From: Macrostomum lignano
Taxonomy: Eukaryota
Reading direction: 5' to 3'
DNA length: 64,000 nt
NCBI GenBank assembly: GCA_002269645.1
Contig: NIVC01000504.1
Coordinates: 186,001-250,000 of the forward strand
Translations under genes and position numbers: made by a program
Part shown: positions 23,461 through 35,427 of the stretch, piece by piece
Numbering within the stretch: position 1 is the first letter of the stretch
Layout of the letters: every line of letters begins with the position of its first letter
The notes under the pieces: generated by a model
What the model saw: only the letters and a program-made list of their open reading frames with translations
The model's database searches: none
Told to the model about the DNA's origin: nothing

Positions 23461-24510
23461 AAGCCGACTGAGGATTTTGGAGTCTGAGAATTACTATCTA
23501 CTAGGCTAGCAGAAAAAATACAGCACTAAGTATAGCCACATTTGAATATGTGCGATAGATATATATGTCGATGCAGGACGCGAAGCAGTATATTTATCGG
23601 ATTAAACTTACTCGAAAGTACAACAGAAACGGACATATGCTAATGGCTATGCAGGGGTTAAGTTACAATCCAACTGTAACAACAGCAGCTCCGATATAGA
23701 CATTCAGATTCAAAACCCTATTAAGTTAAAAAAACTATGAAATTAAGGACAAATTGAGGTGATAATCAAAAAACTTCTACAAAATCGTAGGTTTTAAAAG
23801 TGCTTTACTGAACTTACTACTGATCTAGTGGTTGCAAGTAGTATAGTAGTGGTATAAGACGAAAAAATCGATTATATCTAAATAAGTAGGTTACTTATAG
23901 AAGGCATCCATAATTAGTATAATCAGCTATACAGTTAAATTGGCTACTTTAAATAGTCACGCAAGCCAAATACTAGTAAAAATAACTATTGTTAAACAAT
24001 TAGTTTATACAATGGGCTACGTAAAGGTAATTGAAAGCGCACAAGGATATGTACAGGTTTTCAACAAAAATAAAAACTAATTCTAATATACAAAAAACGG
24101 CAAATCAAACATTCCAAACAAATAATTTATGCTTAACTTTGTTTCTAAAAAAGACCCTTTTATATTTTAACCCTTTTTTCCGCGTGTTAGATTGCGCTTT
24201 GAAAAACAAACTACGCTACATATCGGTGTTTTAAGATTTAATCAATATGCATAAGAGAAAAAATAGGAAACAACTTAATAATCAATATACAGATATTTTT
24301 GGGATAAAATTGAAAAAAGATCACTATTTACAATGAGATCTACTGATAGTAATGAAGCGCCATCCAACTAAAAAACTTCAAAAACCAAATTAATAAACTG
24401 TGAATTAGGAGTAGCTCGTATCGATAAATGATAAAAAGGCATAAATAATAAGAAAAAAGTGCGAAGCGTTCGAATATTTACCTATATACTTTAAGGTAGC
24501 ATAACATTGA

Positions 24511-25330
24511 TCTCTACCTATAAAAATCAAAACTCTGTGTGTGTGTGTGTGTGGACAATTTTGATCGCTATGGACTCCCAAACCGCTCAACCAAATTACA
24601 CCTAACTTTACACCCACCCTAAACTTACTACGGAGAATGTCTTAGGCTACCTTTTAATTTCCTAAATTTGAGTCTTCTTACCTAAAAGTACAAAAAACTG
24701 CTCAAAATGCGCGATTTTTTCACTAAATCCTCCATAGCGCCGCTCCACTTCTACCGATTCTCTTCAAATTTGACAGAGACAATTTTCAACTATTTTGACA
24801 CAATCGTGTAAAATTTCAAATCTCAAAGTTGATCCTGACAGCCACTGTGCACTTTTAAAGTTTGGCTGTTTTTTTCAGCGAGGCAGCCACCCCAACCTCC
24901 ACCCGTCTGCCTCTCTTTCCCGATCTGGGCAAAGGGTGCAAATAGGTTTTTAAATGACTAACTTTGGGCTGCCATAAGTTTGCTTCACGTGAAGCGATTG
25001 ACTTCAAATTTGACACAATTCTTGATTGACCCATTCTCTATCTAAATGTAAAGTTTCAACTCTCTAACTCAATCAGAACAGAAACTGTAAGCATGTGAAG
25101 TTTGTCTGCTTTTTCTGTTGTTTGTTTCACTCACTCATTCCCCCAGAGCCAGACGAAGGGTCAGGCGATAGGGCTCAATGTACATACCGAATGTACAGTG
25201 TTTTGGAATAACTTTTTAATAATAGCCTTCTCTGTACCCCCGCGAGTGGAGAGGCGTGGAGAGGAGAGAGTTTAGCGAGAGATTCAATTTCAAACCACTG
25301 TCCTCTGAATAGACAAGTCTGCAGCAGTTA
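24511..25330 (+). mobile_element. Non-autonomous Helitron-like element (3' boundary approximate)
   Basis: A|TCTCTACCTATAAAAATC start followed by (TG)n and internally repeated ccgatt..cttcaaatttgaca motifs. The agacaagtctgcagca motif near 25311 also occurs at about 44476. Confidence 0.4.
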
Positions 25331-25714
25331 AACAAGGATGGCAAATCAAGGCGATGTGGGATGGTTTGTAAAAATATCGAAAAATTAATAACTGATTACA
25401 ATGCAATCCTACTAAATTAGTTACACCATGAAAATTTTGACATTAAGATTCGCATAAGGTACTTTAAAATTTAAATGGCCTTCTAAGAAATGCGTATTTC
25501 CATGGTTGTTAGACTGCTGCAGACTGTGGTGGTGGAGCTGGAGATATACACATTCCTCTCAGGGCTGCTAATTGACCAGAAAGATGACGTGATTAAAGCA
25601 TGAGAAATGATAACAACCATGATAGTACTACGTCCCACAAACTGGCTTTCGAAGCAGGGATCGGCAGATTTTTATCTCAAGGCCAGATAAAGAATCCAGC
25701 TCATGGGTACGGGA

Positions 25715-27230
25715 CAGATGAGAGTGAAAAGGAAAAGGAATAGACTATTAGAAAAGGAGGAGGGGCGAGAGGGAATAAAAGAAAAGATAGAAGATAACAG
25801 GAGAGACGTACGAGGAGGTTGAGGAGAGAGCAGAGAATATGGGACGAAGAAGCGAGAGGAGGGGAGAGAGAAGGGAGAGGAAATAGTAGAGGTGAGAAGA
25901 TGGAGAGAGAAGAGGGGAGAGCTGAGACAGAGGATCGATGAGAGAGGAGAGTAGAGAAGAGTGAGAAGAGAATAGAGAATAGAGAACAGAGAGGAGATAG
26001 GAGGGGAGAGAGAGGGAGAGAGGAATGAGAAGAGAGAAGATAGAGATGAGAGAGAGAGAGTTAAGAAAGAAGAGAGGACAAAGGAGAGATGATAGAGTAA
26101 AGGGAAGAGGAGGAGAGAGGAAAGAGATGAGATTGTAGAGATGAGTGAGATGAAAGGAAATATGAGAGAGTAGAGTAGAGATGAGAGATGAAGGAAGAGA
26201 GAGCAGAGTGCGGAGAGACGAGAAAAGAGAATAGAGGGGGAAGAGTATAGAAAAGGGAAGAGAAGAGAGGAGTAAGGAAAGAGAGGAGTCAGAAGAGGGG
26301 AAAGAGAAGAGTACACAGTAGAGAGGAGAGTAGAGATGACAGAAGAGAGAGGGAAATGAGAGAGCAAAGATGAGAGTGAACAGACGATATAAGAGAGGAG
26401 AGAGGAGAGTGAGAGAGAAGAGAGAAGACAAGAGAGGGAGAGAGTATAGAAGAGAGAAGAGAAGAGACGAGAAGAAAGAAGAAAGGATCGAGTCCTCCTG
26501 AGTCAAAAAGGGGAAAGAGAGGAGTACAAGGGGAGAGAGGTGAGAGAACATATGAGAGTAAAGATGACAGATAAGAGAGGGGAGATGAGAGAGCGGAAAC
26601 GAGAGTAAACAGACGAGAGATGGGAGAGTAGAGAGAAAAGAGGAGAGATAAGAAATAAGGGATGAGAGGTGGAGACAAGGGAGAGATGAGAAGTGAGTGA
26701 GGAGAGAGGAGGGGAAGGGAGAGAATCGAGAGGACAGGGAAATTGGTGAAAAGGACGAGAGAGGAGAGGAAAGAGGGGAGAGAAGAGAGAGAAGAGAGAT
26801 AGGATAGGAGAGAGCAGAGAGATGAGAGGAGAGAGTGGACAGAGGAGAGGAAAGAGTTGAGAGAAGAGAGGAAAAAGGAGAGAGTAGAGATAAGGAAAGT
26901 GTTGAGAGAGGGTACAGTAAGGAGTGAGAAGAGAGGTGAGGGAAGAGAGAGCAGAGAGCAGAGGGAAGAGAGAGTAGAGAGCAGAAAGAAATGAGAAAAG
27001 ATAAAACAGGAGAAAGGAGATATGAGAGACCAGAGACCAGAGCGAAGAGAGAAGAGAGAGAAAAGAATAGAGGGGAGAGGGAAGAGATGAGAGAAGAGAC
27101 GAGAGAGGAGAGAAGAAAGAAAAGATAAGAGGGGAGAGAGAGAAGAGACGAGAGAGAAGATAGGAAACAGAAAAGAAGATGGAAGTTTCAAAGGATGCAA
27201 AGGACATAGGGAGAGGCAGAGGTACGTAGA
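25715..27230. repeat. ~1.5-kb low-complexity polypurine (GA-rich) tract
   Basis: Plus strand is almost purely G and A. It generates the L/S-rich pseudo-ORFs on the minus strand. Confidence 0.95.
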
Positions 27231-27959
27231 GGCCAGAGTTTGCCTGACATTCTGCGCAGCACCCCAGCCAACAATATCAATGTTTGCCTCAAATCCTAAT
27301 TTTACATTAATTTACACTATTTTATGTTTAACTCTATCCTAACTATTAACAAGGGAACAAGTTTTTGTTTGAGTTTTACCTCAGATTTTAGAATACATGC
27401 AAAAATAATTCCGGGGATTTTGTTCCCCGGGTTCAAAATCCGCGGGTTTCAACAGCTTGTTTAGAATATATAAGAAAGAGCATTATTTTTCGTTTTTCAC
27501 TTATAACTTTACCCTCCTAATTGCCAGTCTACTTTGAGTACAGCGATGCCGCTTTTGCCGATCTTTTCGATTGAGTTTTTATTCGCAAATTTTTTAAATT
27601 ATCTGTGTTCTGTTTTAAAAGCCTAAAATATTGTCTGAAATAGTAATTCTAAGAGTGAGTACAGTTACTAACGTAAATACAAATTTAAAGATTTGCAAAC
27701 TATTAGCTGAAACTTCTGATAGATTCTGTAAATAAAGAAATTACAACTACTGTAAGTAATAAACGACAGTTTAGGTTAAATATGCTATTACACTTACACG
27801 GTATTGCAGAATATTTAACTGTCACTAAATGAATCGAATAAAAACGTCCTACAAACAGACTGATCAAAGAAAGTGACCAAAACGAGAAGCGCCACTGGAG
27901 AGACCTGCAGATTCTTGAAATCTCCATACACAGAACTAATCAAGAATAACTCTATAGAC

Positions 27960-28568
27960 AGACTTGAGAATCATCCATAGAAAAACCATGAGAAACGCCT
28001 CATCGACAAACCATGAGAATTACGCTTCATTGACAAACCATGAGAATTACGCCTCATCGACAAACCATGAGAATTACGCTTCATTGACAAACCATGAGAA
28101 TCGGCCTGATAGACAAACGAAGAAAATCGCTTCATTGACAAACCATGAGAATCGGCCTACAGACAACCATGAGAATCGCCACATAGGCGAACGATGAGAA
28201 TCGCCCCATAGACAAATCATGAGAATCGCCCCGTAGACAAACCATGAGAATCGCCCAAAGACAAACCATCATGAGAATCGCCCATAGACAAACCATGAGA
28301 ATCGCCCCATAGACAAAGCATGAGAATCGCCCCATAGACAAACCATGAGAATCGTCCCCATAGACAAACCATGAGAATCGCCCCATAGACCAAGAGAATC
28401 GCTTCATAGACAAACCATGAGAATCGCCCCATAGACAAACCATGAGAATTAATCGCCCCACATACAAACCATGAGAATCACCCACATACAAACCATGAGA
28501 ATCACCCATAGACAAACCATGAGAATCGCCCACAGACAAACCATGAGAATCGCCCCATAGACAAACCA
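27960..28568. repeat. 24-25-bp minisatellite array A (CATGAGAATCGCCCCATAGACAAAC)
   Basis: Direct reading; it is the reverse complement of array B (28945-30178). Confidence 0.93.
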
Positions 28569-28625
28569 GAGATCAAGTCCAGCTGCAGTTTAGAATTGAC
28601 CCTATCTATCACAGCTGAAAACAGT

Positions 28626-31553
28626 TTAGCTAGATTCCGGATCTTCATTAGCATCAGCGATTCGATCTCCGCGATAGCGGAGAAACGAAACGGCGGCCGC
28701 GGCTGCCAGATTAGCCGAAGCGTCAGCAAACTGCTGCTGTTGCCGATTCTGCCGACTGCGGCTACCACCGTCGCCTGAGGCCGACGTCGGCGGCGCGACG
28801 GGTAGAAATGCCCGCAGCTCGTCCTCTTCTTCTTCGCTGCTCTCCTGGGTAATCTGGCGCTCGACTGCGGCTCTGATAAAGAGAAGAGCAAGATTATATA
28901 AAAATAATAGTCACCCGTGTGTTAGTTTTTAGAGCCAATCTCAGGTCCATGAAGCGATTCTCATGGTTTGTCTATGGGGCGATTCTCATGGTTTGTCTAT
29001 GGGGCGATTCTCATCCTTTGTCTATGGAGTGATTCTCATGGTTCGTCTATGGAGTGATTCTCATGGTTTGTCTATGGGGTGATTCTCATGGTTTGTCTAT
29101 GGCCTATGGGCCGATTCTCAATGTTTGTCTATGGCCTATGGGTTGATTCTCATGGTCTATGTCCTATGGGCCGATTCTCATGGTTTATCTATGGCCTATG
29201 GGCGATTCTCATGGTTTGTCTATGGGGTGATTCTCATGGTTTGTCAATGAAGCGTAATTCTCATGGTTTGTCGATGAGGCGTTTCTTATGGTTTGTCTAT
29301 GGATGATTCTCATGGTTTGTCTATGGGGTGATTCTCATGGTTTGTCTATGGGCGATTCTCATGGTTTGTCTATGGGGCGATTCTCATGCTTTGTCTATGG
29401 GGTGATTCTCATGCTTTGTCTATGGGGTGATTCTCATGCTTTGTCTATGGGCGATTCTCATGGTTTGTCTATGGGGTGATTCTCATGCTTTGTCTATGGG
29501 GCGATTCTCATGCTTTGTCTATGGGGTGATTCTCATGCTTTGTCTATGGGTGATTCTCATGGTTTGTCTATGGGGTGATTCTCATGGTTTGTCTATGGGG
29601 CGATTCTCATGCTTTGTCTATGGGGTGATTCTCATGCTTTGTCTATGGGCGATTCTCATGGTTTGTCTATGGGGCGATTCTCATGCTTTGTCTATGGGGT
29701 GATTCTCATGCTTTGTCTATGGGCGATTCTCATGGTTTGTCTATGGGGTGATTCTCATGGTATGTCTATGGGCGATTCTCATGGTTTTTCTATGGGGTGA
29801 TTCTCATGCTTTGTCTATGGGCGATTCTCATGGTTTGTCTATGGGGTGATTCTCATGCTATGTCTATGGGCGATTCTCATGGTTTTTCTATGGGGTGATT
29901 CTCATGCTTTGTCAATGGGCGATTCTCATGCTTTGTCTATGGGGCGATTCTCATGGTTTGTCTATGGGGCGATTCTCATGCTTTGTCTATGGGGTGATTC
30001 TCATGGTTTGTCAATGAAGCGTAATTCTCATGGTTTGTCGATGAGGCGTTTCTCATGGTTTGTCTATGGATGATTCTCATGGTTTGTTTATGGGCGATTC
30101 TCATGGTTTGTCTATGGGGCGATTCTCATGGTTTGTCTATGGGGCGATTCTCATGCTTTGTCTATGGGGTGATTCTCAGATCTGTTTACACAAAATATTC
30201 ACAGAACATAACCGAACTACTGACGTTGATTAAAAAGACAACTGTCTCACCTGATAGACGATGGCCTATCAATAAACTGAGTCTCCTCTCTGAGCACAAC
30301 AGCATCGTCTTCCAGCTTGCCGTGCTCAGCCAGATAAGCATTTAACTGTTGCAGATATGGCAGAACAACCTGCGGCCAACGATAGACTTTATAAGGCGGA
30401 TAGAGCAGCAGGGACATCATTGCCACGTAGCCCAACAGCCAGCCGTGAAAGAAGGTTCCCAAATAGGCAATCAAAGCTGAGGTTGCGGAGGTGGTTAGAA
30501 AAAACCTCAGTCGACGATTTCGACGCTGCCGACGAGCCCAAGCGACGAGGGCGAATAGTCTGCGAACTCGTTCGTCAACCCATTGCGCTACATCCTGGAT
30601 GGAGGCAAGATGAGCCTCAACTGGGACCCAGTCGTCTTCGCGATCGAATTCTTCGGGAACTATGAGGCGTATAACGGGTGGCTTTTTAAATGTATGCCGA
30701 TATGTATAGAAAAATATGACGCAGATATTAGTCCATTTTAATTTGCATTCTTAGGCCACTAACACTACTGATGTCATATTGATACTACTGATGCCACATC
30801 AGATCCTACTCGTGCCATATCAGATACTACTGATGCCATATCAGATGCTACTGATGCCATATCAGATGCTACTGATGCCATATCAGATACTACTGATGCT
30901 ATATCAGATACTACTGATGCTATATCAGATACTACTGATGCCATATCAGATGCTACTGATGCCATATCAGATACTACTGATGCCACATCAGATACTACTG
31001 ATGCTACATCAGATACTACTGATGCTACATCAGATACTACTGATGCTACATCAGATACTACTGATGCCATATAAGATACTACTGATGCCATATCAGATAC
31101 TACTGATGCCATATCAGATACTACTGATGCCATATCAGATACTACTGATGCCATATCAGATACTACTGATACCATATTGAGTCAACAAGTATATTTTAGC
31201 TTCTAATTAAGTGTCCTATAGTCGGTTTAAGAAATCCTACACACTAAAAGTACACACAGGTTAAATCTAAACTCACCTTTAATCTCCTTCCAAATATAAG
31301 TTTTCCACATATCGGCTATCACCAGTAGTAGTAGTAGAAAACTTAGAATAGTCAGAGTGCCATGATTGCACAGGTAGCAATAGACAAAGGTGACATGAAT
31401 AGCAACATAGAATGCTATTGATTTAGTTCCATCACGGAATATCAGCAGAGTTTGCAGTCGCATAAATGCTGGCTCCCACGGGCTGATGGCGTCTTGCAGG
31501 CATTTGCCAATACTGTCATGCCCAGACCAGTGCATTTGACCGCTTTTTGACAT
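28626..31553 (-). CDS. RETREG: FAM134/RETREG reticulophagy-regulator homolog; exons 31553-31277, 30660-30251, 28872-28626
   Basis: Reticulon-homology pattern LQTLLIFRD..SIAFYVAIHV...LLLVIADMWKTYIWKEIKVP..DWVPV; second hairpin FFLTTSATSALIAYLG..GWLLGYVAMMSLLLYP; downstream EEEEDELRAFLP motif. Phase-consistent GT-AG joins. Confidence 0.78.
28945..30178. repeat. 24-25-bp minisatellite array B (GATTCTCATGGTTTGTCTATGGGGC) in RETREG intron 2
   Basis: Direct reading. Confidence 0.95.
30770..31175. repeat. 21-bp internally palindromic minisatellite (ATCAGATACTACTGATGCCAT) in RETREG intron 1
   Basis: Direct reading; ATCAG...CTGAT stem in each unit. Confidence 0.93.
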
Positions 31554-32469
31554 GACTTGATAAAATTTATTCTTTGCAAATTGCCAGTAAGCTTTGCTTT
31601 ATATAAACACATGAATTGAGGTTTAATTAAATAATTACCTAGTTATTTATAGGTCAACTTTTGAGTCTCTCTTCTCTGACCCACAGAAAAATTTGCTGAG
31701 AAGTAAACAGACACAGTATTCACATCACAGATTACTAAACGCAAATTATACTACTTTCACTATACTACTGACAAGAAATATAGACGTAGAAAGGCGAATG
31801 TCAATATCTACTGTTATGAATGTACACTGCCTACTTTTAATTCTACTTTTCTACATATTTCTTGTCAATAGTATAATTTGCATTTAGTAGTATAATTAAC
31901 CATAGATAAAGCAGTCATGCAATAACAATAATCTCAATTGGTTATTAGAAGGTCAACTGCCGCTCTGACTTACGTAACCGCCAAAAACTTATCTACTGTA
32001 ATTAAGAACTGAAGGTCAAAGGCCTAGAAATAGAAAACTTTTCTAGAATTAAATAAAAAGGAAAGACTTGTTGCTTAAGTTAAAAATATAATTAATAACG
32101 GAATTGTGTCACATTGCTAAATACATAACCAGATAGAGGAAAATATTTTTAAATTGACATATTGTGTTATAAATAAATTTTTCATTTATAGTTAGCCTAA
32201 TCAGAAAGTCTAATATAGACATAAAATAAAATCCTGTGCAATAAAGACACGCAATTATAGACGCACAGCCAAGAATAACCGAAACAAGTATAAACTTTTA
32301 GGAGGTCCAGCCGCCTTTTTAATCGATGCCAAAAATATAACAAAATAACAACAATTAGTAAAATTTGTCAAAAGAAATCCAAAGATAAAAACGCAGCTAT
32401 TTTATGTACAGTAGAAGTAGCCATAGCCTTTTGGATGAAGACAGACGGGGAGCAACAGGGAGGGGAGAA

Positions 32470-33380
32470 TTTCCCAAAAAAACTTTTGTTGTTGACATTC
32501 TTGTTGATTTTGTTGCGGTTTTGTTGTTGATGTTGTTTTTTGCCATTTTGTTGTGGTTTTCGTCATTCTGTATAGTTGATGTTGTTTTTTGCCATTTTGT
32601 TGTGGTTTTCGACATTCTGTATAGTTGATGTTGTTTTTTGCCATTTTGTTGTGGTTTTCGTCATTCTGTATAGTTGATGTTGTTTTTTGCCATTTTGTTG
32701 TGGTTTTCGTCATTCTGTATAGTTGATGTTGTTTTTTGCCATTTTGTTGTGGTTTTCGTCATTCTGTATAGTTGATGTTGTTTTTTGCCATTTTGTTGTG
32801 GTTTTCGACATTCTGTATAGTTGATGTTGTTTTTTGCCATTTTGTTGTGGTTTTCGTCATTCTGTATAGTTGATGTTGTTTTTTGCCATTTTGTTGTGGT
32901 TTTCGTCATTCTGTATAGTTGATGTTGTTTTTTGCCATTTTGTTGTGGTTTTCGTCATTCTGTATAGTTGATGTTGTTTTTTGCCATTTTGTTGTGGTTT
33001 TCGTCATTCTGTATAGTTGATGTTGTTTTTTGCCATTTTGTTGTGGTTTTCGTCATTCTGTATAGTTGATGTTGTTTTTTGCCATTTTGTTGTGGTTTTC
33101 GTCATTCTGTATAGTTGATGTTGTTTTTTGCCATTTTGTTGTGGTTTTCGTCATTCTGTATAGTTGATGTTGTTTTTTGCCATTTTGTTGTGGTTTTCGT
33201 CATTCTGTATAGTTGATGTTGTTTTTTGCCATTTTGTTGTGGTTTTCGTCATTCTGTATAGTTGATGTTGTTTTTTGCCATTTTGTTGTGGTTTTCGTCA
33301 TTCTGTATAGTTGATGTTGTTTTTTCATTTTGTTGTTGTCGATGTTGTTTTTTGCCATTTTGTTGTTGTTGATGTTGTTG
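32470..33380. repeat. 49-bp GT-rich tandem repeat (GCCATTTTGTTGTGGTTTTCGTCATTCTGTATAGTTGATGTTGTTTTTT), about 17 near-identical units
   Basis: Period 49 measured between 32641 and 32690. Confidence 0.95.
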
Positions 33381-33590
33381 TTACTACTATTGTTGATTTG
33401 ATATTATAACTTTTACTGGTATAGTGACAGAAGCTAATTAAGATCAATATCAAACTGAACGTAAAACGTAATTCTATTTTTAAGACAATTAAAATGTTAA
33501 AATGGACGGTAAAAAAGGTCCTTGATAAATGTCAGTAACACATTAATTCACAACAGAGTCGTTCGCATAATTGCTATTTTGCTAAGCAGT

Positions 33591-35284
33591 TCAATACTGC
33601 CGCACATCCTGCTGCAAATGTCGATCCCGTTCGGTCTCCTGATCGCTCAGGTCGGCCTCGGCTGCAGCGGCTGCAGCGGCGCCCCAACCGCCTCGACTGC
33701 CCTGACCCAGACTGACCGGCTGGTCCACGGATGCCACGCCAGCAACTGCATCGAATCCTCCTCTAGAAGCCGGGACGCCCCGATTCTAACGGAAGGGAAT
33801 TGATGGAGCAAAATAAGGATGGCTCAGTTAATGTCTGATCAGCACTTTCCCTTTCAGCTTTGTTTGACCTCTGACAGTGATTCCCCTCGGAGCTGTGACA
33901 TCTGACAGCAATTCCCCTCGGAGCTTTGACATCTGACAGCAATTCCCCTCGGAGCTTTGACATCTGACACCAATTCCCCTCGGAGCTTTGACATCTGACA
34001 GCAATTCCCCTCGGGGCTTTGACATCTGACAGCAATTCCCCTCGGAGCTTTGAAATCTGACAGCAATTCCCCTCTGAGCTTTGACATCTGACAGCAATTC
34101 CCCTCGGGGCTTTGACATCTGACAGCAATTCCCCTCGGAGCTTTGAAATCTGACAGCAATTCCCCTCTGAGCTTTGACATCTGACAGCAATTCCCCTCGG
34201 AGCTTTGACATCTGACACCAATTCCCCTCGGAGATTTGACATCTGACAGCAATTCCCGTCGGAGAGTCGGAGATTTGACATCTGACAGCTCCCGTCGGAG
34301 CTTTGACATCTGACACCAATTCCCCTCGGAGATTTGACATCTGACAGCAATTCCCGTCGGAGCTTTGACATCTGACAGCAATTCCCCTCGGAGCTTCGAC
34401 ATCCGACAGCGATTCCCCTCGGAGCTGTGACATCTGACAGCAATTCCCCTCGGAGCTTTGACATCTGACAGCAATTCCCTCAAAGCTTTGACATCTGACA
34501 GCAATTCCCCTCGGAGCTTTGACATCTGACACCAATTCCCCTCGGAGATTTGACATCTGACAGCGATTCCCCTCGGAGATTTGACATCTGACAGTGATTC
34601 CCTCGGAGCTTTGACATCTGACACCAATTCCCCTCGGAGATTTGACATCTGACAGCAATTCCCCTCGGAGCTTTGACATCTGACAGCAATTCCCGTCGGA
34701 GCTTTGACATCTGACAGCAATTCCCCTCGGAGCTTTGACATCTGACAGCAATTCCCCTCGGAGCTTTGACATCTGACAGCAATTCCCTCGGAGCTTTGAC
34801 ATCTGACAGCAATTCCCGTCAGAGCTTTGACATCTGACAGCAATTCCCTCGGAGTTTGATAGCAATTTAAATTTTCATTTCCTTTAGCAACTGAAGCCCT
34901 TTCGTAACTTTCATAACTCACAGAACTGGCAGATCCGGTCGAATCGCGATGCTCTCTAGTCGACCGCTTCTGTTTAGACGCGCCAGAACGGCCGGTGCCG
35001 CCGCCCCAAGACGGCCTGCGAGGCCCGGTGACCTGGGAGGCGCTTTCAATATCCGTCACCTCCGTCATCGTAGCGTTGGTGCGGCCCGTGTTCGGAGCTG
35101 CGACTGTCGGGGTGTCACATAACACACATATTATATGCAGATTTTTTAAAAAGGGCAGACAGACAGAAAGACAGACAGACAGGCAGACAGACAGACAGGC
35201 AGGCAGACAGGCAGGCAGGCAGACAGACAGACAGACAGACAGACAGGCAGACAGACAGGCAGACAGACAGGAAGACAGACAGAA

Positions 35285-35321
<37 letters not shown>

Positions 35322-35364
35322 GGCAGGCAGACAGGCAGGCAGACAGGCAGGAAGACAGACACAC

Positions 35365-35427
<63 letters not shown>

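Noticed and set aside
25672-27207. Leu/Ser-rich ORFs resembling membrane proteins
   Set aside because: They are a by-product of the polypyrimidine strand of a low-complexity tract and are open in several frames.
27703-27927. Possible fourth RETREG exon
   Set aside because: An in-frame stop already occurs at 28626 with no convincing donor before it, and the translation has no LIR or FAM134 similarity.
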